Position numbers and translations under genes: made by a program
The notes under the pieces: generated by a model
Seen by the model: only the letters and a program-made list of their open reading frames with translations
The model's database searches: none
Told to the model about the DNA's origin: nothing
Assembly: GCA_964291285.2 (NCBI GenBank)
Contig: OZ219787.1
Coordinates: forward strand, 2,145,666-2,209,665
Origin: Alphaproteobacteria bacterium
GTDB lineage: Bacteria > Pseudomonadota > Alphaproteobacteria > Bin95
Direction of reading: 5' to 3'
DNA: 64,000 nucleotides
Shown: positions 43,018 to 53,171 of the stretch, piece by piece
Numbering within the stretch: position 1 is the stretch's first letter
How the letters are laid out: every line of letters begins with the position of its first letter

Positions 43018-45031
43018 CCCGACTTCCGCAACTCGGGGGTCATGAGGATGCTAACTCATTGAATAGCCTTGATCGTCTCCCCGAGGGTCGGCACTACAAG
43101 GCGGCGAACGGAGAGGCGGCGCCGTGTGCCGTCAGGCGGAGATCCGGGGTGCGGGTTGCTGCGGCCAGGTCATGCCGAGCTGTTGCAGCAGTAGCTCGTG
43201 CTCCTTGTTCGGCCGGGTGTGGCGCGGCAGGACGAGGTGCCGGCCGTCGGTGGTTGGCAGATGGACGTCCACCATCTGGATGGTGGCGAAGGCCTCAAGG
43301 ATGGCGCGTGGGGTGAGGCCCGGGGCGCGCGGCCGGGCGAGGTTCTTCAGGGTCACCAGCAGGCAGTAGGCGATGAACGAGACGAAGATATGCGCCTCGA
43401 TGCGCTCTTGGCGCTGATGGAAGATGGGGCGGATCGCGAGGTCGTGCTTGAGTTCCTTGAACGCCTGCTCGATCTCGACGAGCTGCATGTACAGATGCCA
43501 CAGCGTGGCGGGGTCTTCGGCGACCATGTTGGATCGCAGCAGGTAACGGCCCTCGCGGCGGCGGACCTGGCGCAGCCGGTCGCGCTGCAGGCGGAATGAG
43601 AAGCCGTTGGCGGCGAGTTCGCTGTCGGTCCCGGGCACGGTGATGTCGACCAGGCTCCAGGCCCGGCCGGCCTCCTTCCTGGCGGCGCCGAGCTTGAGCA
43701 ACAACTGATCCCGGCTGTTCGACTGCCCTTGCAACTCGGCCAATCGACGCCACAGCCTCTTCAGCCGGCGCCGGCGCATGCCGCGTTCCTTCACCTGCCG
43801 CCCCTCGCTGCGCACCAGGACGTAGAGCTCGCCATCCTCGACCAGAAGCTTGACAGTCACGGACTGGCGCACCTCCTGCCAGGGCAGGCCCAGGAACACC
43901 TTCTCGAGCCGCGTCAGCCGGCCCTTGGGCGTGCCCACCAGGTAGCGCACCGGCGCCTCGCCCTCGCGCATCGCGGCCAGCGTCTCCTCGGTGGGGATGC
44001 CGCGGTCCATGATCCACACCCGCTCGGAGCGGCCATACTGATCCTCGATCTTCTTGAGGAACGCCGCCAGCGTGGTGTCGTCGGAGGTGTTGCCCGGCAT
44101 CACCTCATAGGCCAGCGGAAAGCCCTGCGGCGTAACGATCAGGGCGATCACCACCTGCACGCAGTCGGGCCGCTTGTCCCGGCTGTAGCCGAAGCGGCGC
44201 TTGTCATCGAACGGCGGATCGCTCTCGAAGTAGGTCGAGGTCAGGTCGTAGAGCAGCACGTCGAAGCGCGCCTCGAACAGCGTCGCCCAGCGGTCGCGCA
44301 GAAACGAGAAGAAGCCCTGCTTGTGCGCCAGCAGCTTGTCGAGACAGCGATAGAGTGTGTCGTCGGCGATCGCCCGCTCGCCACCCAGAAGATCGCGAAG
44401 CGCGCTGTGCTCATACCAGTGACGGTGAAGGCGCCACTCGCTGCCCGGGTCGATCAGCCGGTAGCAGACCTGGATCTTCAGGATGTCCAGCCACCGCGTG
44501 CCTTGCCGGCTCGCCGGCAGCCGCTCTTCCCAGAAGCGGTCCAGGTCCAGGCGGTCCCACAAGGACAGCGCCAGCCAGCACGCCCCCCACTGGCGCGGGT
44601 CGTGAAGCGCCACCTGCGAGAGGTCGATCTTCACCACTTCGCAAGTCAGCGCCGGCGCCTCCCGGTCCTCGGGAAACAGCGCCATCTGCCGTGATCGCGA
44701 CTTGCCCTCCACCACCTCGATCGAGCGGCACCACGCCGCTCGCTGGCTGTCGTTGATCTCCCCGAGATAGAGCACCTGACGCTGAACAACCCGACCGCCG
44801 TGGACCCGGACGTTCTCCACAACGCTCCAGTAGCGGTGCTCCTTGCCGTCCTTGAAGCGTCTCTTGCAGCGCACGAACATCAGCGCAGCGTCCGGATCTT
44901 CGCCAGCCCGATCAAGGGGGTAGGTCGGCACTACAAGCCGGTCCCGAGAGGTACTGCACCGAAATCCGACACTTCTCGCGCCGGAAAACCGTCAAATCAG
45001 TCGATTCTCAAGCCGAGTTGCGGAAGTCGGG
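43018..45031 (-). mobile_element. IS1634-family insertion sequence, copy 2 (2014 bp, inverted relative to copy 1)
   Basis: Same IRs and identical transposase translation; flanks CTAA / ATAG are not a duplication. Confidence 0.93.
43132..44880 (-). CDS. IS1634-family DDE transposase
   Basis: Protein identical to 27049-28797. Confidence 0.93.
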   Translation of the reverse strand: MFVRCKRRFKDGKEHRYWSVVENVRVHGGRVVQRQVLYLGEINDSQRAAWCRSIEVVEGKSRSRQMALFPEDREAPALTCEVVKIDLSQVALHDPRQWGACWLALSLWDRLDLDRFWEERLPASRQGTRWLDILKIQVCYRLIDPGSEWRLHRHWYEHSALRDLLGGERAIADDTLYRCLDKLLAHKQGFFSFLRDRWATLFEARFDVLLYDLTSTYFESDPPFDDKRRFGYSRDKRPDCVQVVIALIVTPQGFPLAYEVMPGNTSDDTTLAAFLKKIEDQYGRSERVWIMDRGIPTEETLAAMREGEAPVRYLVGTPKGRLTRLEKVFLGLPWQEVRQSVTVKLLVEDGELYVLVRSEGRQVKERGMRRRRLKRLWRRLAELQGQSNSRDQLLLKLGAARKEAGRAWSLVDITVPGTDSELAANGFSFRLQRDRLRQVRRREGRYLLRSNMVAEDPATLWHLYMQLVEIEQAFKELKHDLAIRPIFHQRQERIEAHIFVSFIAYCLLVTLKNLARPRAPGLTPRAILEAFATIQMVDVHLPTTDGRHLVLPRHTRPNKEHELLLQQLGMTWPQQPAPRISA

Positions 45032-46612
45032 ATAGGTCCCGCGCGCGTTAAGGACTGCCGTGTAGATCGCCGCACCGGGCTCCCGCGCCATGTCCGAGGC
45101 GCAGACATGCTGCAGGAAGGCCTCCGCTCCCGGTCCCTCCACCTCGATCTTGCCGAAGGGGCTGAGGTCGAAGACGGCGGCTCGCTCGTGGGCGGCCATG
45201 ACCTCCCCGCGCACGGCCTCGAACCAGTCCGGCCGGTCGAAGCTGAGCGCGGGCTCAGCGGTCTTGCCGAACCAGAGCGGCCGCTCCCAGCCGTAGAACT
45301 GTCCCAAATGGGCCCCGGCGGCGTGGTGCTCGGCGTCGAGCGGCAGGTGGCGCAGGTCCCGAGCGGTGGCGGGTTGCCGTCCCGGATACGCGATCTCGTA
45401 ATGGGTGCCGAGGATTTCCGGGGCGCGGGCCATCAGGTGCTCGACCCTGTCGAAGACCGGCGCAAAGCGCATGGCGTCGGCTTCCGAGAGGTCGTAGGCG
45501 GTATGGCCGTGGACGATGCAGTGGGCGAGGTTCATGCCCGCGCCGCCGGCGGAGGCGACGCCGACCGAGTTCATGCCGCAGCCGAGGAAGAGACCCCGCG
45601 TCTCCGCCGTCTCGCCCAGCATGAACATGCCGTCCGGCGTGAAGCTCTCCGGCCCGTTCAGCAGCATCCGGGCCTCGGCGGTCTCCAGCACCGGCAGGCG
45701 GTGCAGCGCATTCACCATCATCGGCTCGAAATGGTCCCAGTCCTCCGGCAGGAGGCCGAAGGCGAAATCCTCGCCGAGCGCGCCGGGCGGTATCGGTTTG
45801 CCCATCGGCTCGAAGCAGCCGATCAGCAGCCCGCCGCTGTCGTCGCGGATATAGAGGCGGCCGTCATGGTCGGAGAGGGTGGGCACATTGCCGTCGATGC
45901 CCTCCACCGGCCCCGTCAGCAGGTAGAAATGCTCGCAGGCGAGCAGCGGCGCCCGCGCGCCGGCCATCGCGGCGACCTCGCGCGACCAGAGCCCCGCGCA
46001 GACCGCAACGGCGTCGCACATCACCGCGCCCGCGCTCGTCTCGACGCCGCGCACCCGCCCGTTTCCGGTGAGGATGCCCGTCACGCGCACATCCTCGAAC
46101 AGCCGGGCCCCGCGCGCCCGCGCCCCTCTGGCCAGCGCCGCCGAGACATCGGTGGGGCCGACCCGCCCGTCCCCCGGCGACCAGACCGCGCCCAGCACGT
46201 CATCCGCGTTCATCAGCGGCCAGCGCTCCTTCGCCTCGCCGGGGCTTATCGACTCCGCCTCGACGCCGAAGGCATGGGCGAGCGCCTCCTGTCGGCGGAT
46301 GTGGGTCAGCCGGTCCGGCGTCGTGGCGATCGACAGCGAGCCCTTGCCGATCCAGCCGGTGCTCTGGCCGGTTTCGCGCTCGAGCCGGGAATAGAGGTCG
46401 ATGGAATAGCGGATCATGCGCGTCAGGTTGCGCGAATGGCGGAGCGCGCGGACCTGCGCCGCCGAATGCCATGTCGTGCCGGAGGCGAGCTTGTCCCGCT
46501 CCAGCAGGATCGCGTCGCCGACGCCCATCACCGCGAGATGGTAGAGGGTGGAGCAGCCCATGACGCCGCCGCCGATGACGACGACCGAGGCGTGCGCGGG
46601 AAGGCCGGTCAC
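45032..46612 (-). pseudogene. GcvT-family FAD oxidoreductase (sarcosine/dimethylglycine dehydrogenase-like), 3'-truncated by IS
   Basis: GGGVMG, SGTTWHSA, NGPESFTPDG, GWERP, FDLSPFGK; breaks at LNARGTY into the IS end, GcvT C-terminal part missing. Confidence 0.88.
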
Positions 46613-46631
46613 GGTCTCGGGGCCCACCGGG

Positions 46632-47462
46632 CTATTTCTGGCAGACCGGGCAGAAGAAGGTGGACCGGCCCGACCGGACGCTGCGCCGGACGGTGGCGCC
46701 CTTGCGCCCGCAGGGACAGGGGCTGCCCTCGCGCCCGTAAACCCGCCAGCTGTGCTGGAAATAGCCGAGTTCGCCCGAGGCCTGCACATAGTCGCGCAGC
46801 GAGGAGCCGCCGGCCGCCACGGCCTGCTCCAGCGTCCCCCGGACGGCCCTGGCGAGCGCGCGCGCTTCGGCCGCCGAAAGGTCGCCGGAAGGCCGGTCGG
46901 GGTGGAGCCGCGCCCGGTTCAGCGCCTCGCAGACATAGATGTTGCCGAGCCCGGCGATGCGCCGCTGGTCGAGCAGGGCGGCCTTGAGCGGCGCGCGCCG
47001 GCCGGCGAACAGCGCCCGCAGCCGGCGGCCGGTGAGCTCCGGCCCGAGCGGCTCGATGCCGAGGCCGGCGAGCCGGGGATGGTCCGCCAGCGCGCCGGGC
47101 GCGATCAGGTCCATGTAGCCGAAGCGCCGCGCGTCGCGGTAGATCAGGTGCTGCCCGTCGTCGGTCTCGACGATCAGGTGGTCGTGGCGGTCGGGCTCGG
47201 GCGCCGGGCCCTCGCCCAGCATCATCCTCCCGGACATGCCGAGATGGGAGAGCCATGTCGCGCCGTCGTCCAGCGCCGCGAGGATGTATTTCGCCCGCCG
47301 GTCGAAGCCCTCGATGCGCCGCCCCTGCAACCGGGCCGCGAACCGCTCCGGCAGGGGGAAGCGCAGGTCCGCCCGGCGCTGCTCGACGCGCGCGAGCCGC
47401 CGGCCGGCAAGCGCCTTCGCCAGCCCCCGCATCACGGTCTCGACTTCCGGCAATTCGGGCAT
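46632..47462 (-). CDS. mutM: formamidopyrimidine-DNA glycosylase
   Basis: MPELPEVE, HLGMSG, GLGNIY, C-terminal zinc finger ending CPVCQ. Confidence 0.96.
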   Translation of the reverse strand: MPELPEVETVMRGLAKALAGRRLARVEQRRADLRFPLPERFAARLQGRRIEGFDRRAKYILAALDDGATWLSHLGMSGRMMLGEGPAPEPDRHDHLIVETDDGQHLIYRDARRFGYMDLIAPGALADHPRLAGLGIEPLGPELTGRRLRALFAGRRAPLKAALLDQRRIAGLGNIYVCEALNRARLHPDRPSGDLSAAEARALARAVRGTLEQAVAAGGSSLRDYVQASGELGYFQHSWRVYGREGSPCPCGRKGATVRRSVRSGRSTFFCPVCQK

Positions 47463-47539
47463 GGGCGGCAAGGCTAGTGCGTTTCGGGGGGCGGCGCACA
47501 GCCTATCGGCGGCGGCGGGGGTGGATTATGGTTCGGCCG

Positions 47540-48283
47540 ATGAGCGGGGCGAACAGAGATTCGGTCGATTTCGGCTTTCGGGATGTGCCGAGGGGGGACA
47601 AGGCCCGGCTCGTGCGCGGCGTGTTCGACAGCGTGGCGCCCCGCTACGACCTGATGAACGACCTGATGAGTTTCGGCGTCCACAGGCTGTGGAAGGCGGC
47701 GCTGGTCCGCGCGCTACGGCCGCGGCCCGGCATGGCGCTGCTCGATGTCGCGGGCGGCACGGGGGACATCGCCGTTGCCGCCGCGGCCGAAGGGGCGCGC
47801 GCCGTCGTCGTCGATATCAACGAGGACATGGCGTCCGCCGGGCGCGACCGGGCGTTCGACCGGGGCTGCATGGAGGTCGGCTGGGCCGTCGCCGACGCCG
47901 AGGCGCTGCCCTTCCCGGACATGAGCCAGGACGCGGTGACCATCGCCTTCGGCCTGCGCAATGTCACCGGCCGCGAAAAGGCGCTCTCGGAGATGCGCCG
48001 GGTGCTGAAGCCGGGCGGGCGGTTCTTCTGCATGGAGTTCTCCCAGGTGGCGGCGCCGGCGCTGAGGGCCCTCTATGAGCGCTACGCCTTCGGCGTGCTG
48101 CCGCGCCTCGGCGCGCTGGTGGCCGGCGACGCGGACGCCTACCGCTACCTGGCCGAGAGCATCGCCCGGTTCCCCGACCGGGAGGCGCTCGCAGCGTCCA
48201 TGCGCGCCGCCGGCTTCGGCCGGGTGCGCTGGAGCATCCTCTCGGGCGGCGTCGTCGCGCTGCATCGCGGCTGGCGCCTCTGA
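47540..48283 (+). CDS. ubiE: ubiquinone/menaquinone C-methyltransferase
   Basis: VFDSVA.RYDLMNDLMSFG.HRLWK, DVAGGTGD, YLAESI. Confidence 0.95.
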   Translation: MSGANRDSVDFGFRDVPRGDKARLVRGVFDSVAPRYDLMNDLMSFGVHRLWKAALVRALRPRPGMALLDVAGGTGDIAVAAAAEGARAVVVDINEDMASAGRDRAFDRGCMEVGWAVADAEALPFPDMSQDAVTIAFGLRNVTGREKALSEMRRVLKPGGRFFCMEFSQVAAPALRALYERYAFGVLPRLGALVAGDADAYRYLAESIARFPDREALAASMRAAGFGRVRWSILSGGVVALHRGWRL

Positions 48284-48284
48284 C

Positions 48285-49793
48285 GTGCTGGATTTCGCGC
48301 GCCACGTCCTGCGCCTCGGACGGATCGGCTGGACCCTGGCCCGCCACGACGCGCTCTGGCCGCTGGAGCTCGCCCAGGGGCTGGAGACGGCCGCCATGCT
48401 GGCCCGCCTCGTCAGCCGGAGGCGCCCGGAACGGCGCCGGGGCGAGCGGCTCGCCGCCGCCCTGCAGGCCCTCGGGCCGACCTTCGTCAAGTTCGGCCAG
48501 GCGCTTTCGACCCGCGCCGACCTGCTGGGCGAGGACGTGGCGGACGACCTCGCCGACCTCCAGGACCACCTCCCGGCGCTGCCGTTCGAGACCATGCGCA
48601 GGAGCATCGAGGAGCAGTTCGAGACGCCGCTCGCCGAGCTGTTCTCGGATTTCGACACCGAGGCCGTCGCCGCCGCCTCGATCGCGCAGGTCCACCTCGC
48701 GAGGACGCCCGAGGGCGCGCCGGTGGCCGTCAAGATATTGCGCCCGGGGATTGAGCAGGCCGTCGCCAACGACCTGCGCCTGTTCCTCTGGGTGGCGCGC
48801 TGGCTGGAGCGGCTCGCGCCGTTCTCGCGGCGGCTGCACCCCGTCGATGTCGTGCAGACCTTCGCCGAGAGCGTCCGCATCGAGATGGACCTCCGGCTGG
48901 AGGCGGCCGCGGCGACCGAGCTTGCGGGGAATTTCGGCGACGAGGCGCATTTCAGGGTGCCGTCGGTGGACTGGCGGCGCACCGCGCGCCGCGTGCTGAC
49001 CCTGGAGCGGGTGGAGGGCCTGCCCGTGGACGAGGTGGACGCGCTCCAGGCCGCCGGGCACGACCCGGACGCCATCATGGCGACCGCGGCGGAAGTGTTC
49101 TTCAAGCAGGTCTTCCGCGACGGCTTCTTCCACGCCGACATGCATGCCGGCAATATCTTCGTGGCCCCCGACGGGGCCATCGTGCCGGTCGATTTCGGCA
49201 TCATGGGCCGGCTCGACCGCCCGACGCGCGAATATCTGGCGGAAATGCTGCTGGGTTTCCTCTCACGCGACTATGAGCGGGTGGCGGCCGTGCATTTCCG
49301 CGCCGGCTACGTCCCCGCCGACCAGTCGCAGGCGCTCTTCGCCCAGGCGGCGCGCTCCATCGGCGAGCCGATCCTCGAACGGCCGCTGAACGAGATTTCC
49401 GTCGCCCGCCTGCTTCGTCAGCTGTTCCACGTAACGGCGCAGTTCCGCATGGAGACCCAGCCGCAATTGCTGCTGTTGCAGAAGACCATGCTGATGGCGG
49501 AGGGCATGGGCCGGCGGCTCAACCCGAATGTCAACATCTGGGAGATGGCGCGGCCGCTGATCGAGGAATGGATGCTGGACCGGCTCCACCCGGTCAACCG
49601 CGCCCGGCATGCGGCGTCCGAGCTGCGCGGGCGCGTCGACCGCTTCTTCGTCACCATGGACCGGATCGACCTGGCGCTGGAGCGCATCGCGGAGAGCGAG
49701 TCGACGCAGAGGCGCGGCATCCCGGTCCAGATCCAGGGCCTTCTCGGCGGCCTCGCGCTGCTGATCCTGCTGGCGGCGATCCTGTTCGACTGA
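48285..49793 (+). CDS. ubiB: ubiquinone biosynthesis kinase-like protein
   Basis: LGPTFVKFGQ, AAASIAQVH, VAVKILRP, FFHADMH, DFGIMG. Confidence 0.95.
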   Translation: MLDFARHVLRLGRIGWTLARHDALWPLELAQGLETAAMLARLVSRRRPERRRGERLAAALQALGPTFVKFGQALSTRADLLGEDVADDLADLQDHLPALPFETMRRSIEEQFETPLAELFSDFDTEAVAAASIAQVHLARTPEGAPVAVKILRPGIEQAVANDLRLFLWVARWLERLAPFSRRLHPVDVVQTFAESVRIEMDLRLEAAAATELAGNFGDEAHFRVPSVDWRRTARRVLTLERVEGLPVDEVDALQAAGHDPDAIMATAAEVFFKQVFRDGFFHADMHAGNIFVAPDGAIVPVDFGIMGRLDRPTREYLAEMLLGFLSRDYERVAAVHFRAGYVPADQSQALFAQAARSIGEPILERPLNEISVARLLRQLFHVTAQFRMETQPQLLLLQKTMLMAEGMGRRLNPNVNIWEMARPLIEEWMLDRLHPVNRARHAASELRGRVDRFFVTMDRIDLALERIAESESTQRRGIPVQIQGLLGGLALLILLAAILFD

Positions 49794-49841
49794 AGCGGCA
49801 ACGCTTCCCCCCCGCGCCGAACAGGACTAAAAGCGGGTTCC

Positions 49842-51056
49842 ATGCTGGACGGCAAACGCATTCTGCTGATCGTCGCGGGCGGCGTCGCCGCCTACAAGAG
49901 CCTGATCCTCGTGCGCCGCCTGCGCGAGCGCGGCGCGGCGGTGCGCGCGGTGCTGACGGCCGGCGGGGCGGAGTTCGTCACCCCCCTCTCGCTCGCCGCG
50001 CTCACCGAGGACAGGGTCTATCAGGAGCTGTTCTCGCTGACCGACGAGAGCGAGATGGGCCATATCCGCCTCTCCCGCGAAGCCGACCTCGTGGTGGTCG
50101 CGCCGGCCACGGCCGACCTGATGGCGAAGATGGCCGCGGGCCTCGCCGACGACCTCGCCTCCACCGCGCTCATCGCCACCGACAAGCCGGTGCTGGTCGC
50201 GCCCGCCATGAATGTCGAGATGTGGGGCCACGCCGCGACGCAGGCCAACATGGCGCTGCTGGAGCGCCGCGGCGTGCTGCGCGTCGGGCCGGGGGCGGGC
50301 GACCTTGCCTGCGGCGAGACCGGCGCCGGGCGCATGGCGGAGCCGGAAGAGATCGTCATCGCCATAGAGAACGCGCTCGCCGGCCGGGCATCTGGGGCGC
50401 TCGCGGGCCGGCGCGCGGTCGTCACCAGCGGCCCCACCTGGGAGCCGATAGACCCGGTGCGCTACATCGCCAACCGCTCCTCCGGCAAGCAGGGACACGC
50501 CATTGCAGGCGCGCTCGCCCGCCACGGCGCGGAGGTAGTGCTGGTCACCGGCCCGACGCATGAGCCCGACCCGGCGCATGTGCGGATCGAGTGCATCGAG
50601 ACGGCGCGCGAGATGCTGGACGCCTGCATGGCCGCGCTGCCGGCGGACATCGCGGTCTGCGCGGCGGCGGTCGCGGACTGGCGGGTGCGCGAGGCGGCGG
50701 GCGAAAAGCTCAAGAAGGAAAACGGCGGCCTGCCCGCGCTCGAACTCGCCGAGAACCCCGACATCCTCCACCGGCTCGCCAGCCTGGAGAACCGCCGCCC
50801 GCCGCTGGTGGTGGGCTTCGCGGCCGAGACGGAGAATGTGGTGGCACACGCCCGCGAGAAGCGCCGGCGCAAGGGCTGCGACTGGATCCTCGCCAACGAC
50901 GTGTCGCCCGGCACCGGCACCTTCGGCGGCGAGCGCAACACGATCCACCTCATCGACGAGGAGGACCGCGTGGAGGACTGGCCGCCGGTCGCCAAGGCGG
51001 AGGTGGCCGAACGCCTCGCGCTGCGCATTGCGGACCGCTTCGCCGCCGGCGCATGA
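49842..51056 (+). CDS. coaBC: phosphopantothenoylcysteine decarboxylase/synthetase
   Basis: GGVAAYK, APAMN, LACGETGAGRM, DPVRYIANRSSGKQG, GFAAET. Confidence 0.96.
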   Translation: MLDGKRILLIVAGGVAAYKSLILVRRLRERGAAVRAVLTAGGAEFVTPLSLAALTEDRVYQELFSLTDESEMGHIRLSREADLVVVAPATADLMAKMAAGLADDLASTALIATDKPVLVAPAMNVEMWGHAATQANMALLERRGVLRVGPGAGDLACGETGAGRMAEPEEIVIAIENALAGRASGALAGRRAVVTSGPTWEPIDPVRYIANRSSGKQGHAIAGALARHGAEVVLVTGPTHEPDPAHVRIECIETAREMLDACMAALPADIAVCAAAVADWRVREAAGEKLKKENGGLPALELAENPDILHRLASLENRRPPLVVGFAAETENVVAHAREKRRRKGCDWILANDVSPGTGTFGGERNTIHLIDEEDRVEDWPPVAKAEVAERLALRIADRFAAGA

Positions 51057-51508
51057 CGGAGAGGATCGAGGTCCGCATCCAGCGCCTGCCCCACGCGCCG
51101 GGCCTGCCGGAATACGCGACGGCCGGCAGCGCCGGCCTCGACATCGCGGCGGCCGTTGCGGCGGACGAGCCGCTGGAGCTTGCCCCCGGCGCCCGCGCGC
51201 TGGTGCCGACGGGGCTGCGCCTCGCCGTGCCGGAGGGCTGGGAGGCGCAGGTAAGGCCCCGCTCCGGCCTCGCGCTCCGCCACGGGCTGACCCTGCCGAA
51301 CAGCCCCGGCACCATCGATTCCGACTATCGCGGCGAGCTGCAGGTCATCGTGATGAACGCCGGCGCCGAGCCCGTCCGCATCGAGCGCGGCATGAAGATC
51401 GCCCAGCTCGTCCTCAAGCCCGCCCCCCGCGTCGCCTGGCGCGAATGCGCGGAACTGGACGAGACGGAGCGGGGAGAGGGCGGCTTCGGCTCGACGGGAA
51501 CGGGGTAG
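51053..51508 (+). CDS. dut: dUTPase
   Basis: GSAGLD, RPRSGLA, PGTIDSDYRGE, RGEGGFGSTG. Confidence 0.97.
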   Translation: MTERIEVRIQRLPHAPGLPEYATAGSAGLDIAAAVAADEPLELAPGARALVPTGLRLAVPEGWEAQVRPRSGLALRHGLTLPNSPGTIDSDYRGELQVIVMNAGAEPVRIERGMKIAQLVLKPAPRVAWRECAELDETERGEGGFGSTGTG

Positions 51509-51540
51509 GGGGCCTGCCGCTGCTTCCGCTGGCGCGGAAG

Positions 51541-51745
51541 CCCCCTCTCCCATCCTCTCCCATCCTCTCCCCGCAAGCGGGGAGAGGGGAATTTGCGGCG
51601 GGCCGCCCCACCACCGTCACCCCCGCGAAGGCGGGGATCCATCCCTGACCGTTTGCGTCCGCCGCAGCCGGTCGGAGCAGGGCCGGACCGCCCATGCCTG
51701 CCGGGCGTGTCGGGGATGGACCCCGGATCGGGGTCCGGGGTGACG
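51541..51745. repeat. cluster of REP/RPE-like palindromes
   Basis: CCTCTCCCCGC-AA-GCGGGGAGAGG stem; CGTCACCCCCGCGAAGGCGGGGATCCATCC ... GGATGGACCCCGGATCGGGGTCCGGGGTGACG pair. Confidence 0.75.
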
Positions 51746-51788
51746 ATAGGGGCGCGCGGCGGGAAGAGGGGCGGGGGACGCCGCGCCC

Positions 51789-51841
51789 TGTGGATAACTT
51801 CCTCCCCAGGGGTTGCAATTCGGGAAAATAAGCCCTAAATA
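51789..51841 (+). promoter_or_regulatory. DnaA-box sequence plus sigma70-like promoter upstream of HTH gene B
   Basis: TGTGGATAA (51789-51797); TTGCAA (51813)-N17-TAAATA (51836). Confidence 0.5.
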
Positions 51842-51972
51842 GCCGCCCATACAGGTATGAAGCAGGAACGATGACCTGGTGAACCGAGCCGCATTGCGGC
51901 CATCAGACGGGATTTCGGCGGCTGAAAGGGGATGAGGCCGCAGACGGGGGAGCTGCGCGCGCGGACACGCAA

Positions 51973-52022
51973 CGTTCCATTAGAGAAGACATGAGGGCGT
52001 TCCATTGGAGAAGGCACAAGGG
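51973..52022. repeat. 25-bp tandem direct repeat
   Basis: CGTTCCATTAGAGAAGACATGAGGG / CGTTCCATTGGAGAAGGCACAAGGG. Confidence 0.8.
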
Positions 52023-52045
52023 CCGGGCGCGGCCGGGGAGAGCGT

Positions 52046-52465
52046 ATGGTGAAAGAGTTGACGGGACACAGGCGCGGCAAGCCTGCCGGCGAGGAGCTCA
52101 GGCGCCGGGTGGTCGCCGCGGTGCTGGAGAAGGGGATGACCGGCCATGCCGCGGCCCTGCATTACGAGGTAAGCGAAAGCAGCGTCGCGCGGTGGGTCCG
52201 GCGCTACCGGCAGCACGGCCACCTGTGCGAGGCCCCGAGGCCCGGCCGCCCGTCGCGGACGGAGCCGGAGCGGGAGCGGATTTTCGCCGTCCTGGAGAGG
52301 CGCCCGAACATCTCCATCCGCGCGCTGCAGCAGGCGCTTGCCGCCCGGGGCGTGGTCCTGGGCGTGGGCTCGCTGCAACGCTTCCTGGCACGCCACGGCG
52401 TCCAGTGCGGCCGCCGCCCCGTACGGCGCCGCAAGCGCGCCCCGAAGGCCGGCGGCCGCGCTTGA
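52046..52465 (+). CDS. stand-alone IS630/Tc1-type double-HTH DNA-binding protein, no DDE domain (paralog B)
   Basis: RRGKPAGEELR..VVAAVL, VSESSVARW, RERIF, ALAARG, RFLARHG; aligns with 22554-22988. Confidence 0.75.
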   Translation: MVKELTGHRRGKPAGEELRRRVVAAVLEKGMTGHAAALHYEVSESSVARWVRRYRQHGHLCEAPRPGRPSRTEPERERIFAVLERRPNISIRALQQALAARGVVLGVGSLQRFLARHGVQCGRRPVRRRKRAPKAGGRA

Positions 52466-52546
52466 CGGCGGGCGGCCGGGACAATCTTGTCCGCACCGCA
52501 ATTGTGCGGCAGTCTGGCGCTTCCGTGAAGGCGGTCCGGGACGGGC

Positions 52547-52792
52547 ATGGCGAGCATCACGATCCGCAACCTCGATGACGATGTGAAGACGCGCCTTCGC
52601 CTGCGCGCCGCCGGGCGCGGCCGCTCCATGGAAGAGGAGGCGCGGACCATCCTGCGCGACGCCGTGCACCGAGGGGAGGCCGGCCCCCGGAACCTGGCGG
52701 CGTTCACCCGCGACTGCTTCGCGCCCCTTGGCGGGGTCAAGCTCGAATTGCCGCCGCGCGGCCCCATGCGCGAGCCTCCGGACTTCTCGTAG
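52547..52792 (+). CDS. FitA-like ribbon-helix-helix antitoxin (plasmid stabilisation family)
   Basis: MASITIRNLDDDVKTRLRLRAA.RGRSMEEEARTIL...GGV.LELPPR. Confidence 0.9.
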   Translation: MASITIRNLDDDVKTRLRLRAAGRGRSMEEEARTILRDAVHRGEAGPRNLAAFTRDCFAPLGGVKLELPPRGPMREPPDFS

Positions 52793-52804
52793 GCCGCACA
52801 CCGG

Positions 52805-52865
52805 ATGTTCGTGCTCGACACGAATGTGGCCTCCGAACTCATGCGTCCGGCGCCGGCCGCTGCGG
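52805..52865 (+). pseudogene. N-terminal stub of a PIN-domain (VapC/FitB) toxin
   Basis: MFVLDTNVASELMRPAP, after which homology and GC content break. Confidence 0.75.
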
Positions 52866-53115
52866 CATCCGATGGTAAACGTCACGCGCGATATCTTGTC
52901 ACCTCAAATCTGGACCACGGTGGTACAGACCGGATAGATGGGTAACAGTGTTCGTGGTACGTTTGGCATTCACCGGCCTGATCCATTCCTACTCCTGCTC
53001 TCTGAGACAAAAGCAGCGTTGCAGCCACCTAAATCTGTCCACCATTTTAGTAGCTTGAATCGCAGTCTCGTCTTGGATATAATTTCCCCTGCAGAGCACA
53101 AATCATGAAGGTCTC

Positions 53116-53148
53116 TTGCATGCTGTGTCGATCAGTGACATACTGTCA
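53116..53148 (+). promoter_or_regulatory. promoter with palindromic operator over the -10
   Basis: TTGCAT-N17-CATACT; TGACA-TAC-TGTCA at 53136-53148. Confidence 0.55.
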
Positions 53149-53171
53149 AAAATTAACACAGGGACGGTGCT

